From the NCBI GenBank assembly GCA_947491545.1, contig CANLJX010000001.1, forward strand, positions 8,006 to 72,005: a DNA stretch of 64,000 nt, in the 5' to 3' direction. Shown piece by piece: positions 48,070 through 57,122 of this stretch (position 1 is its first letter; each line of letters opens with the position of its first letter). The notes beneath the pieces are model-generated. The model did no database searches and was not told the DNA's origin. It saw only the letters and a list, made by a program, of their open reading frames with translations. This stretch comes from Deltaproteobacteria bacterium. GTDB taxonomy: Bacteria; Bdellovibrionota_C; UBA2361; OMII01. The position numbers and the translations under genes were made by a program.

Positions 48070-50336
48070 ATGATGAAGAAGAAGGCCATAGACGAGTCGC
48101 GGGAGCGGTTCCTCTCAGGAATCGGTGTCCCAGCGAAGGCGGCCTTCGTTGCCGATGAGTTTCAGCAGGCGGCCATTTCAAACCTGGCGGCTGGCATCGA
48201 CACGCTGGTGGTCGCTCCTACCGGCTCAGGGAAGACCTTTATCGCGATCCAGGCGATGCGGGAGCTGCTCGCCAAGGGACAGAGCGCCATCTACACAACG
48301 CCACTCAAGGCGCTCTCCAACACGAAGTATTCTGAGTTTCAGCAGACCTTCGGGCCGGACCATTCAGTTGGTCTTCTGACTGGCGACCGCAAGATTGAGG
48401 GCGACTCTGATGTCGTCATCGCCACAACTGAGATCTACCGCAACGAGCTTTACCGCGGGTACGGTCGCTACTCGCTCGTCATACTTGATGAGGTTCACTA
48501 CATCGCCGATCCGCAGCGCGGAGCGGTGTGGGAGGAGAGCATCATTCTTACGCCGAGCAGCGCGACGCTTTTGATGCTCTCCGCCTCGATATCAAACGCC
48601 GAGGAGATCGCTTCGTGGATCGAGGAGACTCGCAACAAAGAGTGCCGAATTGTGCAGAAGAAGGAGCGCCCGGTGGAGCTTCGCTACGGCTTCCTGCACC
48701 CGAAATGGGGAGTTATCCCTCTGAGCGATGAAAAGGGGCACCTATCACCTGAAGTGGCGCATTACTACAGCGGTGTTGAGCTTGACATGACTGGGACACG
48801 CGTTGCTGCGCCGAGAGGCGGGCGCGGACCGGGGGGCAGGCGCGACCGCGAGAGATCAGACCGTGGCGGGCGATCGAGACGAGGACACCACGGTTCGCGC
48901 GGGGGGAGCAGATAGCCATGATGCAGGGCGACTTTCCAGTTTCAATCATCCTCCGTGAGCTTGAGCACGACGACCTTCTCCCGGCGATCCTGTTTCGTAC
49001 GGCGCGCAAGCAGTGTGATGCCGATATCGAGGCTCTCGCCAGGAACCAGCACGCGATCTTGCCGCTGGATCGGCAGGAGCGACTGATCCAGGAGGTTCAA
49101 ACGATCATCCAGAAGTACTCCTTCGAGCCGGAGTTCATCACGGCCTACCCGCAGTACCAGGCGCTGATCGCAACTGGGGTTGGGGCGCACCATGCCGGGC
49201 AGCTTCTAATCTGGCGACTGCTGCTCGAAGAGCTCATGTCGCGCGGAATGCTGCGGATGATGGTTGCAACCGGAACGGTTGCGGCGGGAGTAGACTTCCC
49301 GGCGCGCACAGCCGTCGTTACAGCCCACAGCAAGCGTGGCTCAGAAGGTTTTAGCGTGCTCTCAGCTTCCGAGTTCCAGCAGATGGCTGGCCGCGCTGGG
49401 CGTCGTGGAAAGGACGCTGTCGGAGTGTGTCTCATAACACCGAGCAAGTTTTCTGACGCGCGGGTCCTCTTGGAGGTTTCGAAGCGTCCCCCGGAGCCTC
49501 TTAAGTCGGCGTACTTCGCAGCTCCGTCTACGGTGCTTAACCTGCTTAAGTACCGAAACGTAGACGACCTTGAGTTTACTGTAGAACGGAGCTTGGGGGC
49601 CTTCCTCAATCGCCGCGATGCAAGCCGGCTACGCGAGGAAGCCCTGATTGAGCAGGGTGAGATAGAGGCGGATGGCGACCTGCGCGGAGAGAAGCGCAAG
49701 AAAGCCGAGAAGCGAGTTAGGCGCAAGCTGCGCGACGCAGATGAGATTGAAAAGAAGCAAGAGACGGCCCTCGCCCTGTCGCTCGATGGGTTGCGAAAGC
49801 TTGGCTACGTTGAGGGCGGAAGCCTTACGGAGAAGGGGTACTGGTCGGCAGAGCTTTGCACCAGCCTCGTGCTCCAGTTAGCCGAGAGCCTTTCTGATGG
49901 TCTCTTCGACGAGTGCGCGCTCTTTGAGCTTGTTGGGCTCGTTGCGAGCATCGCTGGCGATCCGCACCGGCCATACTTCAAGCTAAAGGCGAATCCCGTC
50001 AAGCCCGAGCTCTTTAAGCGGCTTGAGGCGATCGTTGAGAGGGTAAAGGAGAGCTACCAAGGGCCGGGTGCGTCCGAGATCGCCGTGCTTCCAGACGCTG
50101 CACTTACGGTTATAACCTGGATGGACTCAGAGAGCTGGGCTGAATTCTCAGGACTGCTGAGGCTCTCTGGAGTTGCCGACGGAGATGTCGCTCGGCTCGT
50201 GAGCCAGACGGCTGATCACCTGAACCAGATAACCCGTCTTGAGAAGACTCATCCGGTTCTGGCGCAGTCCGCGAAGGTTGGGAGAGCGAGGCTGCTCCGG
50301 CCGCCTTTCTCAGAGTCGCTCATTACGACAGGGTAG
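48070..50336 (+). pseudogene. Ski2/HelY-like DEVH-box helicase interrupted by a -1 frameshift in a G6 run (two ORFs: 48070..48915 and 48918..50336)
   Basis: N-terminal ORF carries APTGSGKT, VILDEVHYIADPQRGAVWEE and LSASISNAEEIASWI. The C-terminal ORF starts with LLPAILFRTARKQCDADIE, has the helicase C motif QMAGRAGRRG, and ends in a DSHCT-like region. One extra G in GGGGGG at 48901-48906 fuses them in frame to about 755 aa. Confidence 0.7.
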
Positions 50337-50703
50337 ACGCAGCGACGAACGCCGACATCAGGAACATCAGGAAAGCAGGGACGGCCTTCTTGACTGGGTC
50401 AGAGACCTTGAAGTGCATCAGCACGGCAGCGAGCATCACCCAGGTCATCCCGACAGCGCCGATGAAGGCGGCCGGCGAGTACCAGATACCGACTAGAAGC
50501 AGCGAGGCTAGGAGCACTTTTACTGTTCCTATCGAGATCATGAACTGCTTTGAGAATCCGTAGACGCGAAACTCCTCTTCCATGGTCTTGGCGTCTCCGC
50601 CCCGGTAGTTCGTTGGCTTGTTGAGCCGCAGGAACCAGACGTTAAAGATGCCCAGGGCGACAACGACCTGAATCAACTTGCAAGCGGTGTCTAGCGTCAG
50701 CAT
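50323..50703 (-). CDS. DoxX-family membrane protein
   Basis: Four hydrophobic helices, and a VKVLLASLLLVGIWYSPAAFIGAVGMTWVM pattern typical of DoxX. Confidence 0.7.
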   Translation of the reverse strand: MLTLDTACKLIQVVVALGIFNVWFLRLNKPTNYRGGDAKTMEEEFRVYGFSKQFMISIGTVKVLLASLLLVGIWYSPAAFIGAVGMTWVMLAAVLMHFKVSDPVKKAVPAFLMFLMSAFVAASTLS

Positions 50704-51020
50704 GAGAAGTTCCTCCAGGACCCATAGTTAGTCCGAGGGCTATATTCTGCAAGAGCTTTATTTGCAGGCATGATTCCGGCAGGGCAGCCACGATTAGGCC
50801 TGCCACAAACAGGTGTCGCAACATTCCGAACGCCTGTTGCTTGACGATTAGAGGCTGCGAGGTGTTCGAGCGGCGTTGATTGATACGGGTGGGCTATCCT
50901 GAAAGTGACTAGAGGTCTCTAGCAGAGCCGGTGCTAAACGCTCCTAGGCGCGCTTTCTGGGCTGGACGGCCCTGCGATTCGCTCTGGCATCGGCTTGCTA
51001 GGATGCGGTAAAACAGGGTC

Positions 51021-51770
51021 ATGAAGATACTCGTCCCAGTAAAACGCGTCCCGGACTGGCAGATCAAGCTTAAGCTTCTTCCAGACGGAACCGGGATTCA
51101 AACCGATGGCATTAAGTGGATTATCAACACCTTCGATGAGATCGCGGTTGAGGAAGCGATTCGCCTGAAAGAGAAGGGGATAGCGACCGAAATTGTGCTC
51201 GTCAGCATCGGGCCAGCAGACGTCCGGCAGCGGCTTGAGTACGCGCTCGCCATGGGAGCTGACTCCGCAGTGCTGGTCAAGCACGAGGGGCCCTCGGATT
51301 CCGATCTTGCTGCCCGGGCCATTGCGGAGGTGTTCAAGCGCGGTTCGTACTCGATGATCCTGATGGGGAAGCAGGCGATCGACTCTGACAGCAGCCAAAC
51401 GGCGCAGCTTCTAGCCGCTCGACTCAACCTGCCCCAGGCCTGCTTCGCCTCGAAGGTCGAAGTTGATGGCACCAACGCTATTGTCACGCGCGAGGTTGAC
51501 GGTGGCCTTGAAAAGCTGCGCGTTCCGCTCCCGTGCGTTGTCTCCACGGACCTTCGGCTCAACGAGCCGCGTTATGCGGCCCTTCCGAACCTGATGAAAG
51601 CGAAGAAGAAGCCCTTCGAGGAGCTGTCGCTCGAAGCTTTGGGAGTTTCGCCTGAGGTGAAGGTCAAGGTTCGCGCTCTCTCCACCCCGGCAGCGCGCAA
51701 GGCGGGCCGCAAGGTGGGTAGTGTGGCTGAGCTAATGTCCGCACTGCAGGGTGAGGCGAAGGTTCTGTAA
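51021..51770 (+). CDS. etfB: electron transfer flavoprotein beta subunit
   Basis: MKILVPVKRVPD and FDEIAVEEAIRLKEKG. Confidence 0.9.
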   Translation: MKILVPVKRVPDWQIKLKLLPDGTGIQTDGIKWIINTFDEIAVEEAIRLKEKGIATEIVLVSIGPADVRQRLEYALAMGADSAVLVKHEGPSDSDLAARAIAEVFKRGSYSMILMGKQAIDSDSSQTAQLLAARLNLPQACFASKVEVDGTNAIVTREVDGGLEKLRVPLPCVVSTDLRLNEPRYAALPNLMKAKKKPFEELSLEALGVSPEVKVKVRALSTPAARKAGRKVGSVAELMSALQGEAKVL

Positions 51771-51781
51771 AAGGGGGTTTC

Positions 51782-52768
51782 ATGGGCAACGTTCTAGTTT
51801 TCATTCAGCACGATCAGGGGAAGGTTCAAAAGGGGGCCCTTGTCGCCGCCACGGCGGCCAAGCAGCTCGCTTCCGCGTGGGGCGCATCGGGGGTCGTAGG
51901 TATCGCTCTTGGCACGGGGGCGAAGGCTGCAGCCACCGAAGCTGCTGCGCACGGCCTTAGCGAAGTTCGTTTCTCTGAGGATCAACTCTTCGAGAAGTAT
52001 CGTGCCGAGCCCTATAGCCGAGCGGTAGCCCTGGCTGCGCGCGAGGCTGGAGCGTCCGCTGTTGTGGCGCTCGCGAGCAGCAGCGGCAAAGACTTTATGC
52101 CACGAGTCGCTGTTCTTATGGACGCAGCACAGGCGTCAGACATCGTCGGCGTGAACAGCGATGGCTCGCTCCGGCGCCCGATGTACGCTGGAAATATCCT
52201 GGCTGAGGTCGAGCTGGCGCCCGGCAATCGTGTTGTGACGGTTCGCGGCACAGCGTTCCCAGCCGCCGCGAAGGAGGGGGCGGTTGGAGAAGTTTCTGAG
52301 CTTTCGATCTCTGGAGACCCTGAGCTTCATGAGCAGCCGCGCTTCGGTGAGATCCTTGGGTATGAGCTCTCGAAAGCCGAGCGACCCGAGCTAGCAGACG
52401 CCGAAGTGGTAGTGAGCGGTGGTCGTGCTTTGGCCTCGGCAGAGAACTTCGAGAAGGTGATCTTTCCGCTGGCCGATGCACTACGCGCGGCTGTAGGTGC
52501 TTCTCGTGCTGCGGTCGATTCTGGCTACGCGCCAAACGACTGGCAGGTTGGACAGACAGGAAAAGTAGTCGCGCCGAATCTCTACATCGCGGTCGGCATC
52601 TCCGGAGCGATCCAGCATCTGGCGGGGATGAAGGACTCTAAAGTAATCGTTGCAATCAACAAGGACCCCGACGCGCCTATTTTTGAGGTCGCGGACTACG
52701 GCCTGGTCGCGGACCTCTTCCAGGCTGCCCCCGAGCTTACTCAGGCCGTAAAGAGCGCTCGTGGCTAG
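51782..52768 (+). CDS. etfA: electron transfer flavoprotein alpha subunit
   Basis: FAD-binding C-terminal region [34 protein letters not shown]. Confidence 0.9.
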   Translation: MGNVLVFIQHDQGKVQKGALVAATAAKQLASAWGASGVVGIALGTGAKAAATEAAAHGLSEVRFSEDQLFEKYRAEPYSRAVALAAREAGASAVVALASSSGKDFMPRVAVLMDAAQASDIVGVNSDGSLRRPMYAGNILAEVELAPGNRVVTVRGTAFPAAAKEGAVGEVSELSISGDPELHEQPRFGEILGYELSKAERPELADAEVVVSGGRALASAENFEKVIFPLADALRAAVGASRAAVDSGYAPNDWQVGQTGKVVAPNLYIAVGISGAIQHLAGMKDSKVIVAINKDPDAPIFEVADYGLVADLFQAAPELTQAVKSARG

Positions 52769-53267
52769 GAGGTCCCTTCTGGGCAAGCTGAGCTTGTTGC
52801 TGCGACTTCTTGCAGTCGGGACGCTCTTCGCGATTCTCTCCTCGTCCGCGGCTTGCTCTCAGCAGCCTGAACCCGGAAGGGTTTTGCTGTGGTTTGTTTC
52901 CCCGCAGGGTGTGGAGTCGCCGAAATTCTCGATGGAGGTTGCAAGCACAGAGCCGCAGCGGCGGAAGGGTCTGATGTACAGGAACTCAATCGGAGCACGT
53001 GAGGGGATGATCTTTCTCTTTCCGGAGAACGGCATGAGGTCGTTTTGGATGAAAAACACCTACATCCCGCTTGATATGGTGTTTGTGTCCCCAGAGTGGA
53101 TGGTTGCGGGGCTTCTTGGAGATGTTCCGCCGCTGACCGAAGACTCGCGAAGTATTGGGAAACCGAGCCAGTACGTGCTTGAGTTTGCTGCCGGGACCAT
53201 GGTCGAGCTAGGGGTCGGTCCGGACTGGTCTGTGAAAACCGAAGGCGCACTGCCGAAGGCAACGTAG
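52761..53267 (+). CDS. DUF192 (COG1430) domain protein, exported
   Basis: Signal peptide, then RRKGLMYRNSIGAREGMIFLFPE...FWMKNTYIPLDMVFV. Confidence 0.7.
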   Translation: MARRSLLGKLSLLLRLLAVGTLFAILSSSAACSQQPEPGRVLLWFVSPQGVESPKFSMEVASTEPQRRKGLMYRNSIGAREGMIFLFPENGMRSFWMKNTYIPLDMVFVSPEWMVAGLLGDVPPLTEDSRSIGKPSQYVLEFAAGTMVELGVGPDWSVKTEGALPKAT

Positions 53268-53377
53268 TAGTTCGGGCATGATCGCGCTCAGGATACGCGC
53301 CACCAACCACCCGTAAGCGGGCATTGCTGACCACTTTTTGTCGTGTGAGTGCGGTCCCACTCCTGTATCCTGCCAAC

Positions 53378-54061
53378 ATGACTCGCTCTGAAACAAACGA
53401 CGCCGGGGTGCTACGTGAGCTGCACCACCGGGTTAAGAACAACCTACAGGTGATCTGTAGCCTTCTTCGGCTGCAGTCGAATTACGTTGCTGATGAGACA
53501 GCCCGCTCGATGTTCAAAAGCAGTGAGGAGCGAGTGCGGACACTGGCTCTCATCCATGAGGAGCTTGTCGGCGACGACGGGTTATCGTTTGTGCAGTTTG
53601 ATCTCTACATCGTTAAGCTCGTTGGCCAGCTCGTTCGGTCGTACCGTGTTGGAGTCTCACTTGAGCAGGTTGAGTTCGAACTCGAGAGTGTGCGCTTGCC
53701 TGTTGAACAGGCTATCCCGTGTGGGCTTCTTGTAAACGAGCTCGTCTCAAACGGGCTTAAGTACGGGCGCCGTGTGGATGGCTCTCAGCACCTGGCTGTG
53801 CGCCTCCGTAGGCAAGCCGGCAGCGTGCTGCTCGAAGTCGCCGACCGGGGTAACGGATTCGCGCCGGATGTGGACTTTTTAAAGCCAAAGACTCTGGGGC
53901 TGAAGCTCGTGCAATCCCTTGCTGTCCAGCTTGGAGGTGCTGTCTCCCTGGAGAGCCGGGATGGCTCGATTGTGCGGCTCGCGTTCAAGGAGCAGCCTCA
54001 GGCGATTGAGGGGCGGGCTGCCAGCTCCGACCAAGATTCAGCCCTCACTGCAGCCGCTTGA
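53378..54061 (+). CDS. sensor-less histidine kinase, HisKA_2/HWE-type
   Basis: H-box LHHRVKNNLQVICSLLRLQ, ATPase motifs LLVNELVSNGLKYG and DRGNGF. ATG at 53378. The ORF track starts at the TTG at 53324. Confidence 0.8.
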   Translation: MTRSETNDAGVLRELHHRVKNNLQVICSLLRLQSNYVADETARSMFKSSEERVRTLALIHEELVGDDGLSFVQFDLYIVKLVGQLVRSYRVGVSLEQVEFELESVRLPVEQAIPCGLLVNELVSNGLKYGRRVDGSQHLAVRLRRQAGSVLLEVADRGNGFAPDVDFLKPKTLGLKLVQSLAVQLGGAVSLESRDGSIVRLAFKEQPQAIEGRAASSDQDSALTAAA

Positions 54062-54131
54062 GCTGAGGGCTTTCCGCCGGGAACCTTCCTGTGAGAGAAC
54101 GGGGGAGTGAATCCCTCCAGCAGGCTGGTCG

Positions 54132-54734
54132 ATGTGGAAGAAGCGCGAGCTACTGTTCCTGAAAAAACTTAAGTCGCCGGAGCTAGTCCAAGACATGCTC
54201 GACGCTCTGCCGTACCGGTGTGCGGACGGGCACCTCTCGGCGCGGGCAGCGGTTCGAGACGGGATGGCTCATTGCTTCGATGGCTCGCTGCTGGCGGCTG
54301 CTGCCCTGCGTCGTTCGGGGCATGCGCCTGCCTTAGTTGACCTCTGCGCCATCCGAGACGACGACCATATGATCTGCGCGTATCGCTGGCGCGGAAGGTG
54401 GGGCGCGGTTGCGAAGTCTAATTTTCCCGGGCTTAGGTTTAGGGAGCCAATCTACCGCTCCGTGCGAGAGCTGGCGCTCTCGTACTTCGAATTCTACTTC
54501 AACATGGAGGGCGAGAAGAGCTTGCGCTCTTTTTCGAGGCCCTTCGAGTTGCCCGAGCCTAGTGTGCTCAACTGGGAAACGGATGATTCAACTGGAGACC
54601 AGGTTGTGCAGCTCCTGTCTCGCGCGGCGCACTACTCAATCCTCGCTCCGCGCCAGGAGAAGCTTTTGCGACCGATCGACCGGCGCTTCTTCAAGTCGCA
54701 GCTCGTTGGGGTTAACCTGAAAGGCGTTTGCTGA
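54132..54734 (+). CDS. transglutaminase-like (Cys-His fold) domain protein
   Basis: GMAHCFDGSLLAAAALRRSGHAPALV followed by DDDHMICAYRWRGRWGAV fits the transglutaminase-like Cys...His core spacing. Confidence 0.5.
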   Translation: MWKKRELLFLKKLKSPELVQDMLDALPYRCADGHLSARAAVRDGMAHCFDGSLLAAAALRRSGHAPALVDLCAIRDDDHMICAYRWRGRWGAVAKSNFPGLRFREPIYRSVRELALSYFEFYFNMEGEKSLRSFSRPFELPEPSVLNWETDDSTGDQVVQLLSRAAHYSILAPRQEKLLRPIDRRFFKSQLVGVNLKGVC

Positions 54735-54740
54735 GGTTCA

Positions 54741-55106
54741 ATGTCAGCTCCGAAGGATGATTACCGGGAGGTGTACTCGACAGATCGGGGTGCGATCTGC
54801 CCCAAGTGCCAGAGAGCAACAGCGAGCTGTTCGTGTGCGAGCGACAAAAAGATGGCCGTTCTAGGAAGCGGCGCGGTTCGGGTGCGCCGGGAGACGAAAG
54901 GCAGGGGTGGCAAGACGGTCACGACCATCTCTGGGCTCGCCATGAATCAGGAGCAGCTTGCGGTGATGCTCAAGGAGCTCAAGCGGCTGTGCGGGTCCGG
55001 CGGCGCCATTAAAGAAGGGGTTGTCGAGGTCCAGGGCGACCACTGCGATGCAGTTCTGCGCGAGCTTGTCGCTCGCGGTATCCAGGCCAAGCGTGCCGGG
55101 GGGTAG
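54741..55106 (+). CDS. yciH: translation initiation factor SUI1/YciH family
   Basis: N-terminal zinc-binding cysteines CPKCQ...CSC, then the SUI1 core RRETKGRGGKTVTTISGL...GSGGAIKEGVVEVQGD. Confidence 0.85.
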   Translation: MSAPKDDYREVYSTDRGAICPKCQRATASCSCASDKKMAVLGSGAVRVRRETKGRGGKTVTTISGLAMNQEQLAVMLKELKRLCGSGGAIKEGVVEVQGDHCDAVLRELVARGIQAKRAGG

Positions 55107-55229
55107 TTGGGCAGCTCTAACATATCGGTTTGAGCCGCTTTTTTTGGCTTGTCCGGGGGCGCAGGCACTTCTGGTACGAGTGCTCTTGGTATATAGTGCC
55201 GTAGTTCACGGCTTACGGGAGAACTACGC

Positions 55230-55448
55230 ATGTTTGGTAGCGGAAACAAGGTAAAGCTCAGCGATACCGTCCTGCAGAAGGCCAAGGTGGCTGCAGGAAT
55301 TCTTGGGTGTACCCTGGAAGAGTTTGTCGAGCGGGCGGTTGAGACGGAGGCTGACAAGGCGATCTCCCAGACCGGCAGCAAGGAGCCGACCAAAGAAGAG
55401 GTCGACGAGATAGCGAAGCAGCTTCAGGGGCTAGGGTATCTTGAGTAG
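55230..55448 (+). CDS. ribbon-helix-helix (CopG/Arc-like) small protein
   Basis: KVKLSDTVLQKAKVAAGILGCTLEEFVERAVE matches the RHH beta-strand/helix/helix pattern. Overlaps the downstream gene by 8 nt. Confidence 0.5.
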   Translation: MFGSGNKVKLSDTVLQKAKVAAGILGCTLEEFVERAVETEADKAISQTGSKEPTKEEVDEIAKQLQGLGYLE

Positions 55449-56283
55449 CTGTATTGCTGCTGTTCAGTCGGCGCTCGCCGTTGTGATGGGCTTCCTCTGG
55501 GAGCCTCTCTCGCTGTTGTCGCCAGGCTGGCAGCTCGTTGTGGTCTCAGTTGTGTTCGGGATCATCATGGTCTTGGCGTACGGGCGCGTCTCAAACCAGG
55601 CTGCCATAAAGCGGGTTAAGGAGCAGATCGGTGCATCGCTGCTTGAGGTTGTCCTGTTCCGAAGGGACGTTAGAATCTCGCTGGCTGCCCAGTTTTCTCT
55701 GCTCCTCGCAGGTGTTCGCTACTTTCTTCTCGCCATGGCGCCGGTGCTGATACTCGCAGTGCCATTTGCGCTTATTCTTGGGCACGTCAATCTTCGTCTT
55801 GGGGCGCGGCCTCTCACACCAGGTGAAGAAGCTATTCTGGCTGTTTCGGTCAAGAAAGGTAGCGACCTGCGGCAGATTCAGCTCTCCGCTCCCGAAGAGA
55901 TCTCGGTTGTGGGTCCGGTGAGGGTTCCCAAGACGAGCTCGCTCTACTGGCGCATTCAGCCGAGGCAAGATGGAGCTTTTCCGCTCAAGCTAAGCAGTGG
56001 CGCTCAGGCCGAAGTCGATGAGTCCGTCGTCTCTGGGTCGGCTCATGAGACCCCCGCGGCCGGAATCTTCCTCTCAACTTCTGATTGGCCGAGCCAGATC
56101 CTATTTCCGAACGGCGGCGGCGGGCAGGCGCTCACCGCGGCCCCTTTTGAAATGATTGAGCTTTCGTACCCGCAGCGTGAGTACGCGTTCGCGGGGGTTT
56201 CGATGTCTTGGATCACCGCGTTTCTCGTGGTGTCAATCTTGGCTGGATACGCCGGTAGCAGGGTGTTCGGCATTTCGGTGTAA
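55441..56283 (+). CDS. polytopic membrane protein, function unknown
   Basis: Three to four hydrophobic helices flanking a ~150-aa soluble loop. Confidence 0.55.
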   Translation: MSSCIAAVQSALAVVMGFLWEPLSLLSPGWQLVVVSVVFGIIMVLAYGRVSNQAAIKRVKEQIGASLLEVVLFRRDVRISLAAQFSLLLAGVRYFLLAMAPVLILAVPFALILGHVNLRLGARPLTPGEEAILAVSVKKGSDLRQIQLSAPEEISVVGPVRVPKTSSLYWRIQPRQDGAFPLKLSSGAQAEVDESVVSGSAHETPAAGIFLSTSDWPSQILFPNGGGGQALTAAPFEMIELSYPQREYAFAGVSMSWITAFLVVSILAGYAGSRVFGISV

Positions 56284-56288
56284 CAACG

Positions 56289-57122
56289 ATGAAGAACAAC
56301 CTCCTCCTCATTACCTTTGACAGCTGCCGTTTCGACTCGTTCGCTCAGGCGAAGACCCCGAACATAAGCCGCCTCGGTTCGGCTGAGCGCCGCTACTCAT
56401 ACGCAAGCTGGACAGTGCCCTCTCACGCCGTGTACCTCCTTGGCGCGAGCCCGCACACGAGCCCCAAGGGTGTTTTCGCCTCCGAGGTTTACAAGAACGA
56501 CTTCAAGAAGTGGGGCGGCCGGCTCAATATCCCAGACATCTCGTTTAAGGGGTTCGTGCCGCGCCTCTCGCTCCCGGCCTTCCTGAAAGAGCATGGATAC
56601 AAGACCAATGCCCTGGTAAGCATGCCGGTTCTCAATCAGACCACCATCCTTAACAATCACTTCGATCGCTACCAGTTGATGAAGTGCCACCACGATTTTA
56701 ATGCGATTATCGACAACTTGATCTTTGAAAAGGATAAGCCCTCCTTCTACCTGCTCAACGTAGGCGAGACTCACTACCCGTACATCATTCCAGGCGAGTC
56801 GGCTGATGACCTGCCACGCATCAGCGGCGTGCATGGAGTGTTTAAGCACATGGACGACCTAGTGGTTGGTGGCGGTGAAGAGAAGGAGGACCGCTTCTTC
56901 GACATGGACCAGATGCGCGCCCTGCACGACAAGCAGCGCAAGAACGTGGAGTACCTCGATGGTCTCTTTGAGAAGCTGTACGAGGTTGTTCCTCCGAACA
57001 CCCACATTATGGTGATGTCTGACCACGGAGAGCTGTTCGGGGAGGAGGGCTACTTCGGTCACGGCCCAATTGTCCACGAGAAGGTGCTCGAGGTATTCTT
57101 CGTTGAGGGGCGAATTAAGTGA
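56289..57122 (+). CDS. alkaline-phosphatase-superfamily hydrolase (sulfatase/phosphodiesterase-like), Thr at the nucleophile position
   Basis: LLLITFDSCRFD...TPNISRLGSAERRYSYASWTVPSHAVYLLG parallels the sulfatase N-terminal metal-site and CSPSR block, with Thr in place of the Cys/Ser nucleophile. MVMSDHGELFGEEGYFGHG is present. GTGA overlap with the next gene. Confidence 0.65.
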   Translation: MKNNLLLITFDSCRFDSFAQAKTPNISRLGSAERRYSYASWTVPSHAVYLLGASPHTSPKGVFASEVYKNDFKKWGGRLNIPDISFKGFVPRLSLPAFLKEHGYKTNALVSMPVLNQTTILNNHFDRYQLMKCHHDFNAIIDNLIFEKDKPSFYLLNVGETHYPYIIPGESADDLPRISGVHGVFKHMDDLVVGGGEEKEDRFFDMDQMRALHDKQRKNVEYLDGLFEKLYEVVPPNTHIMVMSDHGELFGEEGYFGHGPIVHEKVLEVFFVEGRIK

